Assembly: GCF_910592395.1 (NCBI RefSeq)
Contig: NC_088312.1
Span: 2,997,858 to 3,061,857, forward strand
Direction: 5' to 3'
From: Lineus longissimus
Lineage: Eukaryota
DNA length: 64,000 bases
The notes beneath the pieces are model-generated. The model was not told the DNA's origin and ran no database searches. It saw only the letters and a program-made list of their open reading frames with translations. A program made the position numbers and the translations under genes. Shown here piece after piece: positions 13,633 to 26,797 of the stretch. The first letter of the stretch is position 1; each line of letters starts with the position of its first letter.

Positions 13633-15522
13633 AAACACGAGCTGTTGGGCTGATAGCCAAGATATAACTTGTATGTAAATGTAAATGTAGTAGTAGAATT
13701 TACAAGGATGGATAAGGACATGACAATTTTTTTCAAAACGAGTCCAGATATGTTTTCTTAAAATATATAATAAGACTTTTTGCTGAGTGCTGGTCATTTT
13801 TCACTTTTCAGCAAACTTCGACCTTTTTGAACGAATTGTGCTAGTCATGTTTTTAAATTGTAAATTTGTGTGTACATTAGCTAATTTTTTCCTGGTTTGC
13901 GTGGAATTTTCGAATCCCTTTGGCAGCTGGGACTCACTGATTGGTAAATTCTCAGTTGTTCCCTCAGTCATAGTCTATCCCTAAGGTGTTTGTGAGTGAA
14001 AATTTTATTTACGTGACCCTGAATTAAAAATACACTGCCTGAAAAGAAAAATTGAATAGGTTGCTTGGGGTGGAGATGTATTTCCAAGCAACTTGTCCTC
14101 ACTTATTCAGTTTGTTCTTGGTTGTACTTAATGAGACCATTTTGTGCATTGCCTTCAGTGTCCATTTTTCGTTTAAATGGGGGTGGGGGGCATTATGGTG
14201 TTATGCTTAGCAACATTGTATACATGCACACAAAAATTGCCATAACTCTTGACTTTTGACCTGCATTTAGAAATAATCTTTAAATACCAAATCGGTCAGT
14301 TCAAATCAGGGCAGTGACATGCTTTGATAATACACAGTGTTGTTCCAATTTGTAAGTAGCATAATGAGGGTTAGAATTACTGTGGCATGTCCTGTTTAAA
14401 TTTGCGATGAGTCAGCAGAGTTCTGGTGGGTAAATAAATTGGCTAAATGACATACTTACACATGATTCTGGCAAATTCTGGTTGGAAAGCAATTGTTGTC
14501 TAACATCTTTGCTTCTTTAGATAAATTTCAATAATTGGTGCTAAGAAGGAGCAAAAGGGGTATGGAACTAGACATTACATGACACCAGTGCTGGTTGACA
14601 GTTTTCAATTCTTGTCTGTCAATGTCGCTGTAGTGGGTATATAGACGATAGTTAACACATCAGTGGAATAGGTCAGTCATCAATCGGCCCTGCAGAAACT
14701 GGCACAGATCCAGGGGTTTCCCTTGTTCATGGTGACCTATGATTTTGGGTCATTGAGTGTCACCAGGATTGCCCTGAAAATTACATCTCGAAGCATCTAG
14801 ATTTCAAAACTGTCCTGCTGACTTTACCTTTAAGAGCGCCAAACAGTTTTCAGAAAGTATAACGTGGTGCAATTTTACAGGCAGAAATGTTTAATGTTGC
14901 ATTTAATATTATGAGAGATTTTGGCTGATATAATACTGATAATCACTATAGTACTGAGAGTATAAAAAGAGGTATGAAAATACGGTGTGTACTGATTTTA
15001 TTCAATGAGCTCTACATCAATATAATTATGGTCTTTATTAATGGCGTACTTGCACAGTACATGTAGTGGTTTGTAGTACAGTGGAACCTCTCTTAGCGGA
15101 CACCTCTCTATTAAGGACAACCTCTCTATTAAGGACACTAGTTTCAGTCCCAAATAGGTTGCTTCCATTCAACTTGACATCTCTAATCAGGACACCTCTC
15201 TTTTCAGGACAGCATGTGTCAGTCCCGAGGGTGTCCTTAACAGAGAGGTTCTACTGTATATTGTGTTATACATACAAAAACTTCCAGCTGAGAAATTTGT
15301 CTTGCTGTTGGGGGGTTTCTGCTTTCATTCATCACATCATCATCTGGATGGTACTTCCCACATCGTAGACACGCGTGATTTTACCACCATGAGCGGACCG
15401 TGATAATTTTTTTACAGGTTTAGAGGTTAATGTATTGTACCCAGTTGTCTGTACAAGGGTTTCATTCTGTACATTTTTATGTAATAAGCAGTGTTTTGGA
15501 TCTACTGTGATTTGAGGGATTT

Positions 15523-15669
15523 GTGACTCGCTCTACCAAAACTAGGCGCTTGCCGCATCTGAACTTGACAGAATGATACGGACTTGTTGTTCATTTCCCT
15601 ATTGTAGACCTTTTGTGAAATGTGCAAGTTCAGATGCGACAAGCGCCTAGTTTTGGTAGAGCGGGTCAC
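15523..15669. mobile_element. Palindromic MITE-like element, short copy, terminal motif gtgac(t/c)cgctctaccaaaactaggcgcttg
   Basis: About 45-bp near-perfect terminal inverted repeats. Longer related copies lie at 38337-38557 and 38560-38745. Confidence 0.7.
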
Positions 15670-18600
15670 ATTTGTGGACTTAAGTGAATTAACAGGGCAT
15701 GCACTTATGGTAATAGAGATCTTGTGTAAAGGCTATTACAGCCATACAGTACATGCAGTTCTGAAATTGTGTACATTTTCTGATGTCTCCAATAACTGCC
15801 CTTTTGACATCAAATTGTCAACCCAACTCTTGCTGTTCCATGATGGTAAATGTACTAGAATCTATAATAGATGCTGGGCAGAATTGAAGATACTTATACC
15901 AATCATATAACCTCAAAGTGCTGGAGTTACGTGGAGCTTGAAATGTCCTATAATCACTGAAGTGTAAAATGTAATGCATTAGGAAAAATCCCTTCTATTT
16001 CACATTTCACACTTGATGTGCTTGTTATTATCGGGAATATAACCCTCAGCAAGAACTGGTACTACTTGTGTGAATATGCTTTGTTTTAATGCCCTATCAT
16101 ATATATCCTTGCTTGTCATGCCCTCCTAACCTTCAGTTTTATCGCTCAGGTGACGTACAATATTGCCACAATGGATTGGACAGGTGCATGAAGTGCAACT
16201 GCAATATTATTACCGGTAGAACTTTTTAAAAAAGTAATTTGACTGCTGACGGTAGACCTACATTGTCATGATGGTGACAACTAAAAAGTCAATCATTCTA
16301 TTACCTGGTATGCTTCCTGTAACTGGTGTGCAACTTTGGTGTTACATGTGTGCCTCAAATAATATTACATTCTAGACACATGTAGCTGGTTCTACTGATA
16401 CTTCCATTATGTCCCATAACACAACTGATTTTACAATGGCTGTAATATTTCGTTGATAATCCATTAATCCCTTACTCCAGACAGCCCCATCTTTAAGGAC
16501 CAATGGGATTTTTAAGGCCATTTTTACCAAGCTGTCCCCACCCCAGTCACCTGTCACTCTACTCTAGAAGTTCCCATCATTAAAAAGCACATAAAAGAAG
16601 AACCACAGGTTGTGAGAAGCTGATATGAATTCCCAGTGATGGGGACTGGCGAAGGATATTTCCTTGGAAATGTTGTGGGTTACAACGCTTGCTATGAGAT
16701 GCATTTCACTAGTCTTAAATTCTTCATTCTGCTGGGCTACTCGGTATGATTTTTAATACCTTGATTTGTATTTTTGTGTTGATATTTAGCTAAATGTTGT
16801 CTGCAGCTCTCTTCCATTGGCATTGCTTGGATGAAAACAACTCCTTTGCCAGGTGGTAAAGTGGCTTGAAATGATTTGCCTCATCCAAACACCATACCAG
16901 TGTTGTCAGAATCCTGGCTGGAAAAATCATGCAGATGTCCAAACATGAAGAGTCCCTCTAACTACAATCTAGTCGCCACGGTTTCTGTGCCCATACTAGT
17001 CGGTAGTTGTTTTGTGTTTTGTTAAATGATAATTAGACGGTCAAAACTTCCAAATAAAAATTATTGAATTTGATTGTTTGAAATCAAATTTGCATTTACA
17101 AGTTATGGCATCAGTTTATAAAACTGGAATTTTACGGTGCATTTATTTATTTTCAGTCTTAATTTTCAACTGAAGTGAAACATTTTTGTGAAGGGCAGTT
17201 ATATTGTTTAAAATTGAGCAAAGACCATTTGAGTTAGAAACATGGCTGTTTATTTATTATAATTTCTACTGCTATTGTATGGCAGCTCTTCCTTGTTTGT
17301 TTACTTCACTTCACAGTAAGGTGAGAGGTGAGACCTTAGCATCATCGAGGACATTATCATATTTGATAGCAATTTATGAAATCATAAATCGGGTTGGGTT
17401 CCTTCTCATTTTGCAATCATGCAAGTGTATATGGGCGGGACTTTTTTCTCACCTCTGCAAGGTTATGAGGGTGGGATTTTTTTTCACTTTTATACACAAC
17501 ATTGTTTTGGGTGTATAGCCAATATCCAAACTGGTACACAATTCAATTTTCTAAATTTTTTATCGCTACAAGTTGAATTTTCAAGGGTCATTGGTATTAT
17601 ATCAGTCCCAGAGAATTAACGAATACTGAATTGAAATCAGTGATAATTCTTTGGAAAGCACATCTGTTCTGTGTGTTTTTATGTCTGACTTCCAGTTTAT
17701 TAGTTGTACAGCTACATGTGCATTGTATTGACCATTTAGATCCACCTGAGCTCGATGTGTGAGTGTAGCAATTACATCAGTTGGAAGGCTTGTATGATTC
17801 TTGGCAAGCTGAGGAATTGATTATCCAGGGTGAGGTGGAAAAAAAACACCCAGAAAGTTGTATAAGTGCAATTAAAGCGCTGGAATACGATAGCGTTACA
17901 AGTTGGCCATTTCACAGAATGAAGAGGGCTGGTGAATAAGACTAGTCTCGTCGTTTTTGTGTGGTAGTCTTTCTACGAACACACAAAGCGTTGATGGTAA
18001 ATCTGAATCATGTCTACTGTAAAATCTAATACTGTTTATATCATTAAACTGCTTTGCCATTGTCTTGGCATATGAACAACACAATTTTAATTGTGCACAG
18101 TTAATTTTATATGACCGTGCTTGTTCGTGTCCGAGCTAAACTGTCCAATTAAATACCTGCATCATAAAAATCATGTACCATAAGGATAATTCTGACATTG
18201 GGGGCACAGTGTTTCAATGTTTTCATAAACTTTCTGGTTAGTGTTATGTGACATGAATTGTTGCTACTTTGCTTCAGACCTTCATCTGACAACAGGCATT
18301 GCAGCGACATGTAGTTTATACAGCTGCACGTATTATCTAGCCATGCTAAAGGTGAAAGAACGAATTTTGAAACCATCTCAGAAAAGTCACTTTCAACTCA
18401 ATCCTCATTGAGCTGTGGCTATTAAGTATTCTAAGCTGTATTACCCTGAAGTTTTGTAATGGGACATGTCCGTGTAACTCTAAAGGTTCTGAAATACATG
18501 TTAAAATGTCAGTTGTAAAATTCAAGGCAGGAAATTTTGAGACAACAACAGTAAGACTTTTAAACCAAGGTATTAAATAATGATTCTTCCTGTTCTGTTG

Positions 18601-18750
18601 TGAGCAGTATTACGATCACAGTGTACATGTATATGTATATATCATACTCATCTTGTACTCAGCCATTGGATGTGCAATGAAGGAGAATAAATAATATTCT
18701 GTTACCTTTGCTTTATTGTTCTTTAATTTCAATTCCTGATAGGTTTTAAA

Positions 18751-19088
18751 CCCCATGCAGTCAGCAGTGATTGATGTCTGGCTGACATATGGATGCAGAT
18801 ATCAAACTCGTCTGCAGGTCTTTTTTGTGATTGTGACTTCATATTATGGTTGTGACTTTGTCCCAATGCAGTCAGCAGTGATTGATGTCTGGCTGACATA
18901 TGGATGCAGATATCAAACTCGTCTGCAGGTCTTTTTAGTGATTGTGACTCCATATTATGGTTGTGACTTTGTCCCCATGCAGTCAGCAGTGATTGATGTC
19001 TGGCTGACATATGGATGCAGATATCAAAATCGTCTGCAGGTCTTTTTAGTGATTGTGACTTCATATTATGGTTGTGACTTTGTCCCAA
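18751..19088. repeat. Tandem repeat, 3 copies of ~112 bp
   Basis: Near-identical units, each starting cc(c/a)atgcagtcagcagtgattgatgtctggctgacatatggatgcagatatcaaa; this repetition produces the artefactual ORFs on both strands. Confidence 0.95.
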
Positions 19089-19261
19089 GGAATGGTCGGG
19101 TTGCAATGTCATTACAGGAAAGCTTAATTGTTTTGATTGCAACTTTATCCTGGGTAGTTGCATCCTGGGTGGATACAACCCCATGATCACAGTCTGGTTG
19201 TGTGTCCATCCTAAAAAGCATGGCATGGTTGTGACCCCATCCAGATAATGGGCATGTACTT

Positions 19262-19500
19262 TACCCTTTCTCTCTTGCTGTGACATGCTCTTACTGGGTT
19301 CATAATCAAGAAGTGGGTTCGACTCCCAGAAGGATCACTGCTGTGATCACTTTTGTCTTTGTGTCCTGGGTAAGGCCTTTAGCCCTACTTGCTTCACCCT
19401 GTAGTAAATGGGCACCTAGCTGCTGAGATACCCATGTGAATGTTGAGTCTAAGTGCAGCTGGACTACTCTCCCAAGGAAGTTGAGCTTACAGGAATGCAC
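19262..19500 (+). mobile_element. Possible tRNA-derived SINE-like fragment (T-arm-like gtgGGTTCGACTCCCag)
   Basis: A GGTTCGACTCC box-B-like motif is followed by a non-coding tail and embedded in the satellite block. No full tRNA cloverleaf is present. Confidence 0.3.
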
Positions 19501-19599
19501 AGGCTAAAAGCTTGGGTGATTACATGGCATAGCCTTTGTGAGTGCAGTCTAATTCAAAAGGTAAACATTATCATTATGGTCTAGTTGTGAATCCATCTC

Positions 19600-21480
19600 A
19601 AATATGGTCAAGCATAGAACCAAACCTAGATCCACCTCCTTGCCAGGAAGAGATAGCAGGTTTACCCCTGGATGGCTGGTTGTGACTTTGTCCTGCAGGA
19701 TCGATTGAGGAGTCCACTCAGGATTTGATCTGGTTTTGTTATGGATGAGCATAGTGTGTTATGTTGCATGGTCTCATTGTAAGCCCACACAAAAATTTGC
19801 CACATGTGACATTCTTAACTCATATCTAGAAACATGCTATTGAATGCAGTGACCCAGCCTTAACATGGTCTTATTGGGGCTCCATCCGCGTACAATCAAA
19901 TTCTGATCCTGTCCCTGTGCGCAGTGAGTGACAACAAATAGGCTGTCCACCAGTTGAAGTCACAATCAGTCTATGCTTAGAGTGAAGACACAATCATGGG
20001 TAGTTGTCCAGGCATGAGGTCTTTCAAACACAGACCCCAAGCACATATTGGTGCCCACAATTGCGACCATGCAAGGAAGGGATATAGTAGATTGACTCAA
20101 GGATTAGCTGGTTGTGACTTTCCTCCACAGGATTGCGGCTGGTCAGGCGTTGTCCTCATATTGGCTTTGTTATGGTCCTGGCTTGGCTGTGACTGCACCC
20201 TGAGCTTGGTGTAGCTGTAGACATAGGCATGGTCTTGTTGTGACTCCACCCAGAAAATTGCTTATTTGTTAACTTCCGTCTGGAAACATGCTCTTGCATG
20301 CAGTGAGCCTGAACATTGTTTGGTAGTGACCCCATCATGAGTACTGATTCTGTCCCTAACATGATCTTTGTGACTAAAGCCCGACACGCTCAAGGTGAAG
20401 TTACAATCAGACCGTCCTCAGGGTATAGAGCCAAAGCCCTGACTAAGCTGGTATGAGGGATAAGCAAAGGCCCATCAAGCAAGACCATGCCATGGAGGGG
20501 ATGTAGGTTTAACCCAGGGTAGGCGATTGTGACTGTGCCCTGGACGATCAAGGAGTGTAAGGTTTTAACTTCCTCCTGCCTTGGTTGTGACTACCCTCAA
20601 CATGGAGAAGCTGTAGGCTTACCCTGAGGTTGGGCGATAGTGACTTCCTCCTGCAGGATCAAGGAGTGTAAGGTTTTGATTTCATACCGGCTTTGTTGGT
20701 CTTAGCTTGGTTTTGACCTCCCTGAACCTGGTTTGGCTGTAGGTTGACACATAAAGGTTTGGCGATTGTGACTTGTCTTGCAGGAACAAGATGGGTCAGG
20801 TTTGGCTTTCCTACTGTCTCTGTGGGTCTTGGCATCGTTGTGACTACCCTTATCATGGAGTGGCTGCAGGTTGACCCGAAGGTTGGGTGATTGTGACTTT
20901 GTCCTGCAGGATCCAGGAGTGTATGGTTTGGACTTCTTACAGACTATGCTGGTCTTGGCTTTGCTGTGATTATCCTTAACATGAAGCTGCAGGTTGACCC
21001 AAAGGTTGGGCGACTGTGACTTCGTCCTCCACAATCAAGGCTGGTAAGTTTTTGACTTCGTACTGGCTTTGTTGGACTGAGTTTGGTTGTGACTTCCCTG
21101 AACCTGGAGTGGCTGGAGGTTGACCAAAAGGATAGCGATTGTGACTTTGTCATGCAGGATCAAGGTTGTCAAGGTTTTGACTTCCGACTGGCTCTGTTGG
21201 TCATGGCTGGATTGTGACCCCACTTAACATGAAGTGGCTGGAGGTTGACACAAAGATTGGTTGATTGTGATCAAGGAAGGAACTGGCTTTGTTGGTCTTG
21301 GCTTACATGTATATGTGACTGCCCTGAACATGGAATGGCTGTTCCAGAGGTTGGGCGATTGTGACTTTGTCCTGTGCAGGATCAAGGAGGGTAAGGTTTT
21401 GACTTTGTACTGGCTTTGTACTTGGCTTGTGACTACTCTGAACATGGAGCGACTGCACGTACACCCCTAGCACATGGTCA
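19600..21480. repeat. Minisatellite/satellite array, ~124-bp unit, more than 12 copies
   Basis: Period read from unit starts near 20506, 20626, 20752, 20878, 21002, 21124, 21248 and 21350, with core ggttgggcgattgtgactttgtcctgcaggatcaaggagtgtaaggttttgacttc. It shares the ggttgtgactttgtcc core with the 112-bp repeats. Confidence 0.85.
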
Positions 21481-24291
21481 TGTTGTGAACACCACCATCC
21501 TTATAGGTTACTCTTGTCTTCACCTCATGCTGGCTTCAATATGGTTGTGTCCTCATTGAGTGAGAATGGCCATGTTGTGGCTCCAGTCTGAACCATTGTG
21601 TTCATGACCAAGTTGCCAAGGAGAAATTTTCGACTCGAAATAAAGAAACGAAGAACATGAGCATTTTGTTTTGACTGATCCAATTTGTACTTTATTTATA
21701 TAGCACCTGAATAAAGACGACTTTGGACACAAACAAGAGACAGATTCACAGAGTTCAACAGTCAAATATCTACAAAGAAACAATGAGATTGCAGAGACAG
21801 CTCGTCAGACTACCTCAAAATGTAGGCAGTTTTTAAAGTACAGCATGGATTGATCAAGTATTTGAATGTCAAAATGAATTTCATGGAGATTTTCGCATGA
21901 GAGTTCCTGTTAATAAACCCAGTATTTTACGTGTGATGAATAACTATAATTTTGCTGGATTCAGGGAAAATAGACACACATTTCCAACTCACCAAAAGGG
22001 AGAAGGGTATGATGTGAAGAGCCTACACAGGCTTTGTCTTAATAACATTGAACCAATCCAAGTATTCAAAGGTCCAGAAACCACAAAGACCTCAACAGAG
22101 GCAGAACATCACAAAGTTGACAGAAAATTGCACATAGAATATATACAAAGAGTACAGTGTGTCCCATAAAACATGATTCCATTTTAAAAGTTACTTCAAG
22201 GACAACCATCAATATATACAGAGATTAACAAATTTTTTGTCTTAAGCAATAATGCTAACTCATGGGTAATAGTTGTTTTTTTCTAATTTTGAATTTTCTC
22301 AGGATTTTAACATTTGATATTTTTACTGATACTTCCTAATCCTTCAAAAACAAGTCACATCAAAAACACATTTCCATAAAACATTCCTATTTAACAATTT
22401 ATTTACAATAAGAATTGTTGAGATGGAGCGTTGAGTACTGACACCCATTCCCAACCCTCACAAAACTTAAGCATGGAGTGTATTGAAACTCCATGCCCAA
22501 CCTTTACAAAAATATATCTTAATTCCTTAACACGTATTCTCTCGAAAACAGAACAGATCTTTTCACTCCCAATCAGATCTCTTAATTCAACACCTTCGTT
22601 TGTCCAATGAACACAGAAATACAGAGAAAATCGCCCCTCCCCCAATTCACCCTATAAAAGATCAAGCTTGGTACAACACCTGTAATTACTCACTTGGACC
22701 ATTAAGTCAGCATTGTTGTCTAGCTAAGCTGAATGTGAAAGGTTAAAATGAATGTTATTTTTTCTGTCCTTTTTCCAATTTTGATAGAAAAAAATTATTT
22801 ACACTGACAAACAGATATACATATATTTGATTGTGAAGCTCAGATTCCTGAACGATAAATTGTAATTAAAACTATGAAAGCAAATTTTTTTGTGACTTTT
22901 GATAACATGGTCTGATATACAATTGGCAATAGACAATATAGTACACTAGGATAAACAACTGAGTATAGCTTAAGTAAACTGAGTATACATTAGCTTAAGT
23001 AAACTGAGTATTATAATAAACTGAGTACTCATTCTCTCGATAACGGACCATACAGGAAATGCAAATGAACTATTTACCCGTACCAGTTTGAAGACAGTAC
23101 AATCTACATTATTTGGCAGTACAAATGCTGAATTGGTCTTTATCTTGTGTGACAAGATGATTCATAAACAAGTTACCCTGGTTATAATATCAAATAAGAA
23201 AACAAAAAACTTTTAAATATTTGAGAAGGAATTGTTTCTGTGAAATGCAATGATTCAGAACACTTTTGTGAGCATCAGGAACTTAGTTGAAGAAAAGGTC
23301 TCAATGGTCTCCGAAGCCAGAGACTTTGTCCATCTTCCACAGTTTGAACTGTACAAATCAATGAAACAAGCCATAAATTACGAATTATGAACCCTCCAAG
23401 GTGTACAATGTAGCAAATAAATGGTCCTAAAGAGTATTTTAACTGAGCAAAGGGTTAAATAGTCAACAGTTTGCCCCATGCAATTTCAAAGAGACTTTGC
23501 ATGCATTTCTCTCCTTATGCATGAAGTATCCATCTCAGTGGATCTATCTCAAACACTACTATGAAACTGGTCTGTCCTATGCTCAAACACGGAAAATGTG
23601 CTTGGACATTACATAAAGTAAAGTGATTGTATCAGACATGTAAATGATATAAAAGAACATTTACAAAACACAGTCAGCCATCACAGAATCAAATCAAATG
23701 TTAAACATATCATTTTAAGAGGGCCAATGATGCCTAGTTCCTTGAATCACAGTCCAATTCATTACATCTCCAACTTCAACGTCAGATGTAGGCCAAAGAA
23801 ACATCATCTACATTTCAAATGTTCCAGACATACACGCCCTTGATGTCATCTACACATAAAAGTCTTTCCACTTTAAGTGTTTCAGACAAGTCATCTACAC
23901 TTAAAGTGTATCTGACACATCGACTCCATTCTACAGTGTTTTCGACACCCATTCTGTGAAGCTATCCACATCTTCAACTTCAAGTCTTTCCGACAACACA
24001 AATTCCTTCCTGTCATCAACACACTCAAGTGTTTCCAACATCATTCCTTGATTGAGGCACACACCTTGTAAACAATTCCGCCTCAATCATGGCAGTCATT
24101 CTATCCAGATGTCCTCGGTTGGATGAGCGGTTGCCATGTACTCTTGGTAGAACCGACGGAAAGCTTTCCTGAAAGTGAGAATCATGAATAAAGTCAACGA
24201 AGGACCTCTGAGATGACTGGTGCTGAAGTTTCCACTCTCCCTCTCCGACAGCAAGAACTAGACCAGGGGGTTTAATAGATTTTAACTCCGT

Positions 24292-24339
24292 GGGACAGTC
24301 ACTCCCAAACACTTTGTAAAGAGATGTCTCCATCAGTCA
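24292..24339 (-). CDS. MAPK8IP1: Putative terminal coding segment of JIP-like gene (TSLYKVFGSDCPTE..)
   Basis: Resembles the JIP1 C-terminal tail FYKQFVEYTCPTEDIYLE. The only AG acceptor (gag|ACATCT) gives phase 0, but the upstream donor is phase 2, and the ORF then runs on about 100 aa further. The true 3' end is uncertain. Confidence 0.3.
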
Positions 24340-24405
24340 ATTTAAGAAGTAGTTGTAATTTTGATGTTTAATGTTGCGAACCTGAATTTTTGAGCAGATA
24401 CCTAC

Positions 24406-24484
24406 CCGATTGATTCTCCGACTCTCTTCGTGGAGTGTTCACTTTCAAAGATGTGAGCTGCGAATCTCATTTCCCGAGGATGCT
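24406..24484 (-). CDS. MAPK8IP1: JIP1/2-like PID-domain exon ([33 protein letters not shown])
   Basis: Near-identical to JIP1 [33 protein letters not shown]. Acceptor tctgttgcag and donor CGG|gtaggt on the minus strand. Confidence 0.8.
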
Positions 24485-24785
24485 TGGTGATGAAGCCAAA
24501 GAACCTGCAACAGAGAATGACGAAATGGTAGAGGCATTCCTTAAATTCGTGATTATCATGTGTTTATTCCATGCATGATAAATTACTGAAAGTGATATCA
24601 GCTCAGTCTTGCCCCGATGCAAAACACATAACATTCCACAAAGGTTACTTTCTGTTGCAAAGAAACATGATGGCTCAGTGCTGACACCTAGCAGGAGGCA
24701 GTCACACTATTATTTACCTAATGCATGGAGCATATATATATATAACGAGTCTTGTATAGCGCAGTATCCGATCCATTAGGATCGC

Positions 24786-25050
24786 TCAAAGCGCTGCATC
24801 ACTGCTAATGAAGGCTTCAGAAAAGAGGAAATGTTTCAAGGAACGTTTGAAAGGAACAATGTCTTGGATGTTTCTGATAGTTGCTGGAAGTTTATTCCAC
24901 ATTTTTGGTGCACCAATAGAAAAAGCTCTAGTTCCTATTGATTGCACCTTTGCTCTGGGAGGTTGAAGGAGAGTTTCAGCTGAGGAGCGAAGGGGACGGT
25001 TAGGTGTGTAGATTGATATAAGCTCGGAGAGATAGGATGGGGCCAGACCA
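24786..25050 (-). mobile_element. Fragment of non-LTR retrotransposon ORF2 C-terminal tail (..LHGLAPSYLSELI..YTPNRPLRSS..IGTRAFS..APK.WNKLP..IRN..FKRSLKHFLF)
   Basis: This conserved tail motif recurs in LINE-type ORF2 3' regions of many metazoan genomes. It lies inside a JIP-like intron with no intact RT upstream. Confidence 0.6.
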
Positions 25051-25620
25051 TGGAGACATTTGAAAGTAAGGAGGAGGACCTGCATAGGCAGAACTACAAC
25101 ATAAAGAAAACAATGAATGTTTGGCTCCAATGAAACAGAATCAATATACACCTACTTGTCATTTCGTGGATGATAGCCACAGAAGGACACGTTCTTCAAG
25201 TTGAAGAAATGATTGTATTGCATTGGACTGGAACCACTTGATTGCTGAAAGAGATTGAAAGTTGAGAGTAAGACATCTGCCAAGAAAAATACTTTTCAAG
25301 GAACGAGAAACTGTTTACAAAATCACAAACTGATGCCTTCACCGATATCAGATACTAATCAATGCTAGCAATCACCACTACATGTTGCTCACAACAAGAT
25401 TGCAATTTCTGTATTGTGGAGGTCTATTTAAAAGTATCTATGCTTTAAGGACACAGTGCCGCCTTTTCCCATATTTTCATACAATTTCTGTATTGTGGAA
25501 CATTACAAGGCTAACCACAGCTGATCTTAAATTGACATAAGAACCATCACCACACCTTGCACTTTGGTCTATTCAAATCAACAAGTCAGTAACTCACATC
25601 ATTTTGGAAGTTTTGCTGAC

Positions 25621-25655
25621 CTTGGTAAAACAACGTACAATCTGAAATTCTCCAA
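25621..25655 (-). CDS. MAPK8IP1: JIP-like PID micro-exon (LENFRLYVVLP-R)
   Basis: Flanked by gtgcag acceptor and AAG|gtcagc donor. Its phase 2 joins the FFGFITKHP exon and aligns to JIP1 FQLKNISFCGYHPK. Confidence 0.5.
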
Positions 25656-25801
25656 CTGCACATACACAAATATCTCCACGTGCAAAAGTACATAAGAAGA
25701 ATCCCACAATCATGCATGCAGTCATGCAAAATAATAAGAAACAAAACTGTCTGTACTTTATAATAGAAGCGTCAACATTGATAAAAAATTGGAAAAATTA
25801 C

Positions 25802-25885
25802 CTTTGTAAACAATTTTCCAATCTTTTTCAACAGAGATCCTTTTCTAGGCGCAGCCGCTAAATTATCATCAGACTCTGAGGGACA
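25802..25885 (-). CDS. MAPK8IP1: Candidate JIP-like PID exon (CPSESDDNLAAAPRKGSLLKKIGKLFTK)
   Basis: Canonical ttccaaag acceptor and AAG|gtaatt donor, phase 0 on both sides, consistent with neighbouring exons. Sequence similarity to JIP1 is weak. Confidence 0.4.
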
Positions 25886-26399
25886 CTTTGGAAAAAATGA
25901 ACAACATGTAGACACAGAATTCGAAATAAATGAAATATACACAACAAGCAAAGTTATAATAATCCTAGGTAATCACCAAGCTCATTTCAATAGGTTCTTT
26001 CTTGGATTGCAAATTGAATAGGCACAAAATTTTTGTGGTTTACAGTATCATAGGGCCATGCTGTGTTATGATGCTAAGTAAAAGTATAAAGGGCTGGTGA
26101 TTACTATGGAACGAATTCAACTAAAGATAACTAACACAAATAGAAACTGATTACATGGAATGGACGCATAAAGTAATGGATTGGCCATAAGCCAGCTACA
26201 GACAAAATAGTTTTCAAACTGCTGTTTGAAGCAAGACTTGAAGACTTTCAACACTTGATATTTTAAAATGTAACCATTTTTCTATCCAGTTTGAGTTTAG
26301 TTTTGGCTCTAGTACTACTAGTAGCATGAGAGTTATCCTTTACTACACGAATGTCTGCAGCTAGCTTGTCATGACCGACATCAAGACCACACAACTCAC

Positions 26400-26498
26400 C
26401 CGTCCTTTGATTTTATCCACCATCCTAATGCCAAACTCATTGATCTCCAATGTACACAGTTGTGCTTTTGCTGGGTTATTACGTCTCTGGCCCTGTAC
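26400..26498 (-). CDS. MAPK8IP1: JIP-like PID exon (VQGQRRNNPAKAQLCTLEINEFGIRMVDKIKGR)
   Basis: Aligns to JIP1 [28 protein letters not shown]. Acceptor tttgtag, donor CGG|gtgagt, 33 codons in phase 0. Confidence 0.6.
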
Positions 26499-26699
26499 CT
26501 ACAAATCGAAGAAAAATTTGACAATTTCCATCCAATTCTATTTTGGTTTCTGTTTCTCCCATTTCTAAATAATCATAACGCTTGTGGGAGAAGCACACTG
26601 TTATTGGCTGCTAGTGACAACTATTGGTCCAGAGATACTTTTTTTTCTGCCCAACTGGGCCACTTCTTGAGAAGCATCCTGGCTTGAGCATGGACCTAC

Positions 26700-26797
26700 C
26701 TTGGATATGGCTTGGCAAAGCACATCATTGCCCTTGTGGTAGCTGACCTCAACCGAGCCAAGAAACTTGAGGGTGTACTTATCTGGTTTACCATCAT
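26700..26797 (-). CDS. MAPK8IP1: JIP-like PID-domain first exon ([33 protein letters not shown])
   Basis: Very close to JIP1 [26 protein letters not shown]. Acceptor aacttccag, donor AAG|gtaggt. Confidence 0.8.

Noticed and set aside
18729-19286. 185-aa (-) and 143-aa (+) ORFs with internally repeated peptide sequence
   Set aside because: They are generated entirely by the 112-bp tandem repeat; the three peptide repeats mirror the DNA repeats, and no start context or domain similarity is present.
20659-21445. Cluster of 60-110-aa minus-strand ORFs (Lys/Ser/Gln-rich)
   Set aside because: They lie in the ~124-bp minisatellite; the periodic DNA gives periodic open frames and is not coding.
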